DNA from: a virus
Taxonomy: Duplodnaviria; Caudoviricetes
DNA length: 55,898 bases
Reading direction: 5' to 3' (one strand)
Virus record (IMG/VR): IMGVR_UViG_3300009160_000053
Span: 1-55,898 of that record
Shown here: in pieces, positions 45,997-53,974 of the stretch
Layout: each line of letters begins with the position of its first letter
Position numbering within the stretch: the stretch's first letter is position 1
Notes under the pieces: model-generated
Database searches by the model: none
Told to the model about the DNA's origin: nothing
The model's input: only the letters and a program-made list of their open reading frames with translations
Position numbers and translations under genes: made by a program

Positions 45997-46276
45997 TAGC
46001 GTCCAACTTTCTCTCAACTGCATTCTCAAAAGAAATTGGTTCTTGGGGCTCAGCACCAACCGTATCAAGCCTAACTTCGTGGCCTTCGATTGCTTCAAGA
46101 ACCATCTTCCCATTTGTGAACTGAACTCGAGCTATTGCTTCAAACGATTCCCCGGGTTGGACTCCTTGCGGGGGTACAAAACCACTTGGAATCGGGAATA
46201 CAACTAGATCGGCAGCTAAAGAAGCCGTCTCTGCGACGTTTTCTGTCTGCTTAGCGGTAACTTGATTGGCTAACAT
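45980..46276 (-). CDS. hypothetical protein
   Basis: 98-aa ORF on the operon strand downstream of the capsid genes. Confidence 0.65.
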   Translation of the reverse strand: MLANQVTAKQTENVAETASLAADLVVFPIPSGFVPPQGVQPGESFEAIARVQFTNGKMVLEAIEGHEVRLDTVGAEPQEPISFENAVERKLDANARMA

Positions 46277-46286
46277 AAGAATAGGT

Positions 46287-46321
46287 GAAGACTCCTAGGG
46301 GATAGAACCCTAGGAGCCTCC
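46287..46321 (-). other. 14-bp hairpin after the capsid genes (terminator or processing/stability element)
   Basis: GGAGGCTCCTAGGG-TTCTATC-CCCTAGGAGTCTTC on the - strand with two G.U pairs; no clear U-tract. Confidence 0.75.
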
Positions 46322-46330
46322 ATTAATTAC

Positions 46331-46573
46331 TTAAGCGTTGACTCGGTTAACGAGAACAATGAGCTCGTTAATTTTGTCAGCCAGAACCTTGAAGTTATTA
46401 TTCACAAGGGTCTGGGTAGGGGTCGCAGTCACATCACTAACAGTGTTACCCGTAGTGCCTGTAGCGGCAGTAAGAGAAACGACGTTAGTCCACGCACCAC
46501 CATTGGCCAGGACATTGCGGACTCCAGCCGCAAAGACCTGATCTTGTGTTTGAATAGAGAGAGGAAGAGCCAT
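46331..46573 (-). CDS. small capsid decoration / head fibre protein
   Basis: follows MCP, strong GAAAGGAG SD; TVSDVTATPTQTLVNNNFKVLADKINEL head-fibre-like ending. Confidence 0.7.
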   Translation of the reverse strand: MALPLSIQTQDQVFAAGVRNVLANGGAWTNVVSLTAATGTTGNTVSDVTATPTQTLVNNNFKVLADKINELIVLVNRVNA

Positions 46574-46595
46574 ATATATGTTCTCCTTTCTCTAT

Positions 46596-47906
46596 TTAGC
46601 TGATGGTGTTGCGCAAGTGACGGATTACGTAACCCATGTGCGGGAAGATGGGTTTAGCGCCATTTGAGAAAATGGCCCTAAAATATCCCAAAGTTCCGTC
46701 TGGGTTATTTACGCGATCCGGGATGTTCCTCCAGGTGAACTCGCCACGATAGTTTTGAGCGTTGAACTCCATTCCACCACCAATGCTCAAGGGCTTGGGG
46801 ACCAAGCTCGTGAACACTTCCGGAACAAAGATAATAGTATCTTCGTACGCGGCAGTGAGGTAGTTGGAATTAAGTTCATACTTAAATCCCTGGGTTTTAT
46901 TGCCAGATGACGAACTATTGTTGGAGGAACGAACAAACGGGTAAACCCGAGTGAACGTAGTGCCACTGAGGGAGTAACGAGGCGCAAACGCATCTACCAA
47001 GTGATGGAAGTTGCGGTAGCTGCGCTGTACACCCAAGGGGGCGAGCAATTCGTTAACCCGTTCGCTCCAGCGGAAATCCTGACGGATATCCGCGTTAGCC
47101 CGGATCAAGGAATCACTGGTTTCGGGCGACATAATCGCCAAGAACACAGGGGCTCCGTTAGACCGATCGTAGGCGTTTGCACCTGCTCCATTGCGGAGAA
47201 GATCCATATACACCCGATCAAGGATGGTCTGGGTCAACTGCGTAGCGGCGGCGGTTGCTGTCGTGGCGCTGGGGAAACCACTTACACGAGTGTCAACACC
47301 AGTTGACAATTTTCGGATGGTCCCACCAATACCAACGTCCTCACCTGAGGCAACAACGGTAGAGGTAGTCGCCAGAAGCTTATTTTCGGCTTGGTCGACG
47401 TACTGGTCACGATACCGCTGAATCCAGACTTCAGTCGTGGATTCGGTCATGATTTGCATGATGTTGGAGAGCTGCTCTTTCCGTTTCATGGGGAAGCGCA
47501 GGTCATTCAACGAGACGTTAGGGGATTCAAGCGCAGCGTGCTGCAGCCCGTAGGTCCGAAGCGTCTGACCGAAGTCCAACACTTTACCAACGCTGCTAGG
47601 GAAAGAATTAGCATTCCCCGAAGCACCTGAGTCAGCGCCAGTTCCGTCATACGACAATGTGCCACCGTAAGAACCGCCGTTTTGCGAAACGTTGTTCCAA
47701 GAGATCTTGGGACCACTACCGTCATAAGGTAGCGAACGCTCGTAAACCAGAACGGAAACGGTGTCACCCATCTCATCCGGCCAAGCATCTTGTTTAACCA
47801 ATTTGAGCCAGGGGCTCGTATCAACTGTTTTACGATAAATATCGTCACCGATACGGTTGCTCTCAGAGATAAGCAACTGCTCGATTGCTGTGTATTCAGT
47901 AGCCAT
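46596..47906 (-). CDS. major capsid protein
   Basis: 436 aa; downstream of portal and scaffold; own promoter and GAAAGGA SD; WPDEMGD..., QNYRGEFTW.N.PD..NPDG..GYFR motifs. Confidence 0.8.
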   Translation of the reverse strand: MATEYTAIEQLLISESNRIGDDIYRKTVDTSPWLKLVKQDAWPDEMGDTVSVLVYERSLPYDGSGPKISWNNVSQNGGSYGGTLSYDGTGADSGASGNANSFPSSVGKVLDFGQTLRTYGLQHAALESPNVSLNDLRFPMKRKEQLSNIMQIMTESTTEVWIQRYRDQYVDQAENKLLATTSTVVASGEDVGIGGTIRKLSTGVDTRVSGFPSATTATAAATQLTQTILDRVYMDLLRNGAGANAYDRSNGAPVFLAIMSPETSDSLIRANADIRQDFRWSERVNELLAPLGVQRSYRNFHHLVDAFAPRYSLSGTTFTRVYPFVRSSNNSSSSGNKTQGFKYELNSNYLTAAYEDTIIFVPEVFTSLVPKPLSIGGGMEFNAQNYRGEFTWRNIPDRVNNPDGTLGYFRAIFSNGAKPIFPHMGYVIRHLRNTIS

Positions 47907-47937
47907 AGTATTTAGTGTCCTTTCAAAAGTAAATTTA

Positions 47938-48075
47938 GAAACTGTAAGTCCATTGCCGAAGGTAATGGCAGTTCCTGTGTTTGTTTCCCTGGCGGCATCC
48001 CAGAGCTTTTATTGCCCGTAAGCTATTCGTCCTCGACTAACGCGGTGGCGGCCCGCGGATACGCCCATGTCAATT
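47938..48075 (-). ncRNA. candidate structured 5' leader of the capsid mRNA
   Basis: four stem-loops (48041-48057, 48004-48024, 47987-48005, 47938-47975); GCCGCCA occurs twice. Confidence 0.4.
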
Positions 48076-48092
48076 TCTAACAGCTAATGTAG

Positions 48093-48119
48093 ATCGTAAT
48101 GCTTTTTAAAACTTGTCAA
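48093..48119 (-). promoter_or_regulatory. putative capsid promoter
   Basis: TTGACA-N15-TACGAT. Confidence 0.55.
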
Positions 48120-48132
48120 GTGGGGCTGGGAA

Positions 48133-49581
48133 TTAGTCAATGGTAACAGCGCTGAAAGACATAATAGAGTCAGGTCCCTGGCCTATGGTGTGCACGTCTG
48201 GAAATACGGCGGGTGACACTTTCCAGAAGTTGAACTTGAAAATAAAATTCGGAGCGCAATCGAGCTCAAAAACAACTAGCTTAGGTATTCCATTTTTTGG
48301 TAGTTTTTCCGAGAAGGTGTTAGCTTGCACACCATTTAAGCTGTCTACAGTTGTGACGACACTAATGTAGTCTGGGCAATACTGGGGGTCGCCAACAGTA
48401 TCAATCAAAACACCAATCCTTACTTTCAGAAAGTACCAATTCTGAATATTAACGATATTAAAAGGGCTTGTTGTCAAAAGATCCTCCTTCCCCCCAACAG
48501 CGAAAGTAAAGGCCTCCGCATAAAAACCATTACCTTGGCTATCGGGAGTATCGTAAGAAAAGTAAGACGTCCTTACGTTTTTTGCACCCAATCGATACTT
48601 ATTGGAAGCGTTAAAACTAGCTTCCCACCACTCTGAGTAACCGGGGTAATTAACATAAGTCGTGGGAACGCCAAATCCTGGTACAGTTGCTATACAGCTG
48701 TCTGGATTGTAAGTGGACACCAATAATCCTATGTTGTTAAAATAGGGTCTCTTAACAAAGGTTGGGTAGCTGCTGAATTCAGCCCCAAGCTCATCACAGA
48801 GTAAATTAGCGTTTGTGTTTGCTGGCGGTGGATCATTAATTATAACTGTCGAGGGGTTTATCGCTGGGTCTGAAAGAACAAAATCTGAAGAAGGTGGTAC
48901 TCTACCAAAGATTTTTACTGGTACTGGACGAATTAGGTAGCTCCCAACGTTGCCGTAAACGTTTCCCAGAATTGAAGTACTCCCAAACTTACTAAACTTT
49001 TTTGGAAACCTAGATAAATTAAACTGAAGCGCTGCATCACCCTGTTCAAAGCCGCAATAATAAATATTTGGAATCAGGTTTTCTAAAAGGAGGGTAATTT
49101 GATGGGTGTAGTTTGAGGGGTTTGCCTGAGAATACCCAGGTATGGCTACCCGTATTCGATACTTGTCAGAACCTTTTACAATTATGTTTTTGCCAGCTCC
49201 CCGAACAATATCGTAAGACTTTGAATAATTGTGGGAGACGTGAAGGTTAAAGAATTCTCCAGTTGCTGCGTTTTGAAGCCCCATAGTTGCGTCAGAAGCA
49301 TTTTTAGTGCCTTGCCCCGGAGATAAGACTGAGACTGTAGAAATAATCCCAACAACTCTTACCGCGGCTGGGAAATAAAAAAACCTATCGGCTCCCGTCT
49401 CATTTGCCTCTTGCGCGGGGGAAACCCCAAAATATACAACTTTGTCGGCTGTTCCAGAATTTGCGGTTACAGCATGCGAAAGAGACAAAGTAAAGAAACC
49501 AGTCTTCTCCCGCAACGTGCTGACTAGGGTTGGAACCTCGGTCAGTAGCGTTTCTGTATCGGGTGATCCTGAGAGGAACAT
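48133..49581 (-). CDS. hypothetical, probably virion structural protein
   Basis: 482 aa, beta/aromatic-rich; between scaffold and MCP. Confidence 0.7.
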   Translation of the reverse strand: MFLSGSPDTETLLTEVPTLVSTLREKTGFFTLSLSHAVTANSGTADKVVYFGVSPAQEANETGADRFFYFPAAVRVVGIISTVSVLSPGQGTKNASDATMGLQNAATGEFFNLHVSHNYSKSYDIVRGAGKNIIVKGSDKYRIRVAIPGYSQANPSNYTHQITLLLENLIPNIYYCGFEQGDAALQFNLSRFPKKFSKFGSTSILGNVYGNVGSYLIRPVPVKIFGRVPPSSDFVLSDPAINPSTVIINDPPPANTNANLLCDELGAEFSSYPTFVKRPYFNNIGLLVSTYNPDSCIATVPGFGVPTTYVNYPGYSEWWEASFNASNKYRLGAKNVRTSYFSYDTPDSQGNGFYAEAFTFAVGGKEDLLTTSPFNIVNIQNWYFLKVRIGVLIDTVGDPQYCPDYISVVTTVDSLNGVQANTFSEKLPKNGIPKLVVFELDCAPNFIFKFNFWKVSPAVFPDVHTIGQGPDSIMSFSAVTID

Positions 49582-49584
49582 TTT

Positions 49585-50094
49585 TTAAGCCTCAATAGCG
49601 ATCCACATTGCGTATGGCGTACTAGTTGCTTGATTCACTTCTGCCTTCAGATAAATTGCAGCAGTAGGAATATAAGATCCTTCAAAAATGATACCGCCAC
49701 CTTTTTTTGGTAAAAGGATACCGTTGCCGCTGTTGCCGCTAGTCGAAGGTATATTTAAAGGAGTTGGATTTTCGGGAGCGTACCCAATGCCAAGATACAT
49801 ATCAGCAGATGCTGAAAGGTTCTGGACTAATAAATACTTCCGTGCTGGGTTTTGTTCAAAAATTTTATCGGTCCCGGATTGAAGCAGTCCTTGTCTTACC
49901 GACTTTGAAGTGGCTCCGCTTCTGGGAACAGTCGTTATTGTGCCACTTACTGGAATCGGATTACCTATGCTGTTTGTTACCTCTACCTCGTTATTAGTGG
50001 TGGAGCCAGTCTTAGCCTCAATCTTATTGAGGAGACTAACTGTCTTTCGCAGGGACGTATCCGCCCCATCGTTGGCGAAGGGCGTATCGTCCAC
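49585..50094 (-). CDS. putative capsid-associated structural protein
   Basis: GTG start; NPARKYLLVQNLSASADMYLGIG...GILL...GG jelly-roll-like motif. Confidence 0.65.
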   Translation of the reverse strand: MDDTPFANDGADTSLRKTVSLLNKIEAKTGSTTNNEVEVTNSIGNPIPVSGTITTVPRSGATSKSVRQGLLQSGTDKIFEQNPARKYLLVQNLSASADMYLGIGYAPENPTPLNIPSTSGNSGNGILLPKKGGGIIFEGSYIPTAAIYLKAEVNQATSTPYAMWIAIEA

Positions 50095-50097
50095 GGA

Positions 50098-51405
50098 TTA
50101 CAAACCTTTTTCGAGGGCTTCTAAGAAGCTAAGACCTTTATCGAGTTTTTCCGACTTGGCTGAAGCCGTACCAGAACCAGCGCCAGGAGTTGCTTTTCGG
50201 TACTCGGCCAGATTCGTTTTAAGGCTGGCCATTTCTTGATTGGTTTTGGCTATGTACTCCTTAAACACTTGCATCACCAAAGGAAGCGAAACTGCTTGGT
50301 ACGTGAGGGCCGCTCTGGCGCGATGGTCAAGGGGCTCGGTATCTAATTTTTCGGCTTCCGTACGTATATTATCAATAGTTTTGTTCCATTGGTCGTTGCC
50401 ATCGACTTTCTTAAGTAAAGGCATGTCCTCCTGGTATTTGTCCCATACTTCAGAAAACGCCTTCTTGGCTTCCGAATCATACGTAGCTCGATTGGCGCGT
50501 TCAGCTTCTTCCTGACGTTTTGTGAGTTGGAGCAAGGCTTCCTTGCTGTTTTTCAAAAGGTCTTCTTTTTTAGAGTTAAGCTGGGCAAGCTCTTCAACTT
50601 TATTACGAACGGCAAGAGCATCAACTGGGTCGATTTCACTGGTTAGAGACTTAACCAACTGCCTACGTTTTGCGGCATCTGGTTCAGAAGCAGCTTCTAA
50701 AACATTTCCAGCCTTAAGCTCGTAAGAAGAGAAAATATCCGAGATTTCTTTTGAAGCCTTTGCAATAGGCTCAGAAATACTTGTTTTAAACTCTTTAGTT
50801 GCCTCAAGTTTAAAGACTCGAAGCTCCCCTTCTAGCTCGTCACGTTCTTTCTTAAACTGCTCAAGACGCTCGTTGTACTCGGCAAGCTGCGTATCATCTT
50901 CGGCCTTATTACCGCTTTCTTCAACCACTTCGGTGCGATTGGCGACCTTGCTCTCAAATTCTTTAAGTTTTGACTTAGCCTCACGCAATTCTTTGGTGAG
51001 CTTAGCAAACGCTGTCTGTGCGGCTGGAGAGGCAGTAGAAGGAGTTTCCTCGGAAACAGCTTCGAGTTCTGGTTTTGATTCAGTAGTTTCTTCAGGAAGA
51101 CCAAGCTTTCCAAGCTGATCCAAAACAGAGCCTGGGGTCTTAGCGGTAGCTGTTTCTACCGGAGTCTCAGCTTTGGGCGCAACAGCCTCGGCAGGCTTAC
51201 TCTCCGCAACCTTTTCTTTTTTTGCAACTGCAACTGGCTCTTTTGGGGTAGCCGCTTTGTTTAACGGCACTGGGCCGTCAGTTCCAAGCGCAGCATCTAA
51301 GGCTTCGGCAAGAGTAAAAGGAGTTTTTGGTGCAACTACCTCAGGGGCGCTGCTAACAGATTCTACTGCTGGTTCAACTTGAGGCTCGGCTGTGGCTGTT
51401 GACAT
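50098..51405 (-). CDS. capsid scaffolding protein
   Basis: A/E/P-rich N-terminus, long coiled coil, short C-terminal helix; between portal and MCP. Confidence 0.75.
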   Translation of the reverse strand: MSTATAEPQVEPAVESVSSAPEVVAPKTPFTLAEALDAALGTDGPVPLNKAATPKEPVAVAKKEKVAESKPAEAVAPKAETPVETATAKTPGSVLDQLGKLGLPEETTESKPELEAVSEETPSTASPAAQTAFAKLTKELREAKSKLKEFESKVANRTEVVEESGNKAEDDTQLAEYNERLEQFKKERDELEGELRVFKLEATKEFKTSISEPIAKASKEISDIFSSYELKAGNVLEAASEPDAAKRRQLVKSLTSEIDPVDALAVRNKVEELAQLNSKKEDLLKNSKEALLQLTKRQEEAERANRATYDSEAKKAFSEVWDKYQEDMPLLKKVDGNDQWNKTIDNIRTEAEKLDTEPLDHRARAALTYQAVSLPLVMQVFKEYIAKTNQEMASLKTNLAEYRKATPGAGSGTASAKSEKLDKGLSFLEALEKGL

Positions 51406-51407
51406 TA

Positions 51408-51698
51408 TTATTCACTCCCCTTATTCGTTTCGCTCCAAGGCTCAGGCAAAGGCTCTGAAGGTTGTTTCAACTCTTTAAGAACTTCGATATTGCGAAGGGC
51501 ATCATAATACCCCTCACGTTTGGAATTAATAAGAGCATTAAACTGAATTGCGTCCATTCCGGTAGGAACTTTCACTTCAGCAGGTAAAGCTACTTCCATG
51601 AGTACAGATAAACCTGCTTTGAGTGCAGGATTTTCTTCCCAAGCTTTTTTCCATTGTAGTTGTAGATCGTCTCTTTTGGCCCACTCGTGTAGTTTCAT
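51408..51698 (-). CDS. small head-module protein
   Basis: KREGYYDALRNI helix; usual slot between portal and scaffold. Confidence 0.7.
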   Translation of the reverse strand: MKLHEWAKRDDLQLQWKKAWEENPALKAGLSVLMEVALPAEVKVPTGMDAIQFNALINSKREGYYDALRNIEVLKELKQPSEPLPEPWSETNKGSE

Positions 51699-51728
51699 TG
51701 TGTCTCGACACTATCTGGTCAATACGTT

Positions 51729-53933
51729 TTAAGCAAGTTTATTCTTCTTTATCTTTTGAGCTGTTTCCGCGTCGCGCAAAGCGAGTTTCTGCTGATGGTC
51801 AGTAGCCTTAATTTGTTGGTCAAGTTGAGCATTTGATAGTTTAATTTGTGAATCTATTTTTGCTTTTTGAAGACTCATTAATGTCTTGGGGTCTGCATTC
51901 TGATTTTGCTGCCTAGCTCGCATCTCCTGTTGTTTCCTGGCCTCAGCTTCAAGCTCTTTCGAAATGTTCTCAACCGCTTCACGCATTTGATTAAGTGCTT
52001 CTTTAGCTGCCTTAACTTCAGGCTGGCGTTGCTCGTCGGACAACATTGGCTGGAGATGAGAAAGCGCGTGCGGGTAGAGAAGCTGAAAGTAATTCCCAAC
52101 AACTTGCTTGTTTACTTGGTTCTGTTGGAGCGCCTGCAGGAATCGCATTGCGTCCTCAAGATGTACTTTAAGATGCACAGCGTGGTTCTCGCCTTGTTGA
52201 ACGCTGACGCCCCGTCCGTTTTGCATCGTTCCGTTTTCAAGCTCTGCAATTTTGGCGTCAACTGGCATACGATCGACATCTGCCTTCGGAACATATCTGT
52301 CGACCTGGTCGTAACCAACCCTAGCAGCAACACGGTCACGAATAAGATTCTGCTGCCCAACCTCGTCAAATCTCGGCAAGATTTGCATGAACTCATTGAA
52401 CGCAAGCATACGAGCCCCAGGGCTCCCTGCCCCAACAGCGCGCACAGCCTGTACTCGATACACGCTTTGAACGGCTTTCCACGGAACTCCCCTAGCCTCT
52501 ACTCGTTTCTTAAAATCAAGGGCCTCTTGGCCACCTGGTTCGTCTTTCCTATACGAAACGTTAGCAAGCCTTCGGAACTGCTCGCTAAGCAGTTTCTGAA
52601 AAGGAATGTAATAAAGATTCATAGCCTGCGTGGAGAGAACTGATTGTTGCGCAAGCTGAGCTTGAACTTCGGTGGCTGTCCGAGCGTCGCCATCAGGCAT
52701 CACCTGACGTTGATTATAAGTACCAGTGTTATTTTGCCGAACTGTCTCCAGGTCGCGAACGATTGGGAGAACATTTGCGGCAAGATTCGGCATGGAGCGT
52801 TCCACTACATTGATGCCAGGAGGTAAAATACTTAATGGCCCATTGTACATCAAAGTAAGATTGGTTACGTCCTCTCCGGTAGAAGGCTGAACCATCATCG
52901 CTGAGGACAACATGGCTCCGTCAACAACCGCATTACGCAGACGATTGGACAGCTGAATAAATGGGAACAGTTTATAGCCTAGACCACGAACGCTATGCAG
53001 GAGGCCATTGGTACCAATCCCGTAAGAAAACAAAACGTACGCTTCGTTGGCGTGAGAAAATCGACTTACTTTGGTGAAGAGAAACTGCTCAGAATCGCCG
53101 GAGCGCAAACCAATGTGATGTGAAATTGATCCGTCAAACTCTTTAACAAAATAATGAACGCACCGAATCGTCTGGGATCGTGCGTGAGAATACATCAGAT
53201 CGTTGTTCTTAAGCTCTTCCTGAAGCTTTTCCCAGTCACGGGTTGTTGCTCTACCTGTTTCAGTCGACAACATAATGGCTCGTCGGGTCTCTTCAACATT
53301 CCATCCTAGCTCGGAAGCCACCTTTTCATTTTCAATAAACTGATAAAGCTCACCAACCAAATAGGCTCGTTCGATAATGGCGACCTCAATCTTCGTGTCG
53401 CAAGCGGGGGTTCCACGGGGAACTTTAAAATCCTTTAATCCGGAGACATCCCATTTCCAATTTCGATTATCTTCGAAATAAGCTACGCCCACTCCCTGAG
53501 CAATAAACTGATGAGCCAGCATTTGCTGCTTGTAAAAGAACTCATCCCAATCAGTCAGAGTTCTGTGGAACTCTTCTGCAATAATGTTTTCCCACTCTAC
53601 ACGCTGAACGTCGTCCCCTTCAGACGTTTTAACGGAAGCCAATCTATCTACGGAGTTAACCAGGTCGGAATAAGCGGACATAGCCGTTTCGAGGGCTGCA
53701 GCGGACTCACCAAAGTTTAAGTTGGCTCGGTAACCCTGCCCGAGGGCTTTTAATTTTTGAGGACTGTAGGGTGGCTCACCATCCATCATCGATTGAATCT
53801 TGCTTCGATCAATGGAGGAAGCGTCATCCGCATTACGAATCGCCGTGTAAATAGCGTGTGCGCTTTTAGCGTCCTTAATACGCGTTCTGGGTGCTTTCCC
53901 AGATTCGGAAATATTTTCTAGTTCAATCGACAC
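51729..53933 (-). CDS. portal protein
   Basis: 734 aa directly after terL; GVGVAYFED, HSVRGLG, RTATEV motifs; Q-rich C-terminal barrel. Confidence 0.85.
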   Translation of the reverse strand: MSIELENISESGKAPRTRIKDAKSAHAIYTAIRNADDASSIDRSKIQSMMDGEPPYSPQKLKALGQGYRANLNFGESAAALETAMSAYSDLVNSVDRLASVKTSEGDDVQRVEWENIIAEEFHRTLTDWDEFFYKQQMLAHQFIAQGVGVAYFEDNRNWKWDVSGLKDFKVPRGTPACDTKIEVAIIERAYLVGELYQFIENEKVASELGWNVEETRRAIMLSTETGRATTRDWEKLQEELKNNDLMYSHARSQTIRCVHYFVKEFDGSISHHIGLRSGDSEQFLFTKVSRFSHANEAYVLFSYGIGTNGLLHSVRGLGYKLFPFIQLSNRLRNAVVDGAMLSSAMMVQPSTGEDVTNLTLMYNGPLSILPPGINVVERSMPNLAANVLPIVRDLETVRQNNTGTYNQRQVMPDGDARTATEVQAQLAQQSVLSTQAMNLYYIPFQKLLSEQFRRLANVSYRKDEPGGQEALDFKKRVEARGVPWKAVQSVYRVQAVRAVGAGSPGARMLAFNEFMQILPRFDEVGQQNLIRDRVAARVGYDQVDRYVPKADVDRMPVDAKIAELENGTMQNGRGVSVQQGENHAVHLKVHLEDAMRFLQALQQNQVNKQVVGNYFQLLYPHALSHLQPMLSDEQRQPEVKAAKEALNQMREAVENISKELEAEARKQQEMRARQQNQNADPKTLMSLQKAKIDSQIKLSNAQLDQQIKATDHQQKLALRDAETAQKIKKNKLA

Positions 53934-53942
53934 GTCCCCTTG

Positions 53943-53969
53943 AGTCTAACATTCAATAAATTTCGTCAA
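53943..53969 (-). promoter_or_regulatory. putative portal promoter
   Basis: TTGACG-N15-TAGACT with TG extension, 9 nt before GTG. Confidence 0.55.
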
Positions 53970-53974
53970 GGGGG

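Noticed and set aside
46574-46600. Frameshift or readthrough extension of the major capsid protein
   Set aside because: No slippery sequence at the MCP end, and the next gene has its own strong SD
47950-47968. C-GAA-G hairpin on the template strand as an N4-type vRNAP promoter
   Set aside because: Single occurrence, in front of a late gene, and no virion RNAP identified
48020-48036. GAGGACGAA on the - strand as part of a hammerhead ribozyme
   Set aside because: No CUGANGA core and no GAAA/UH arrangement nearby
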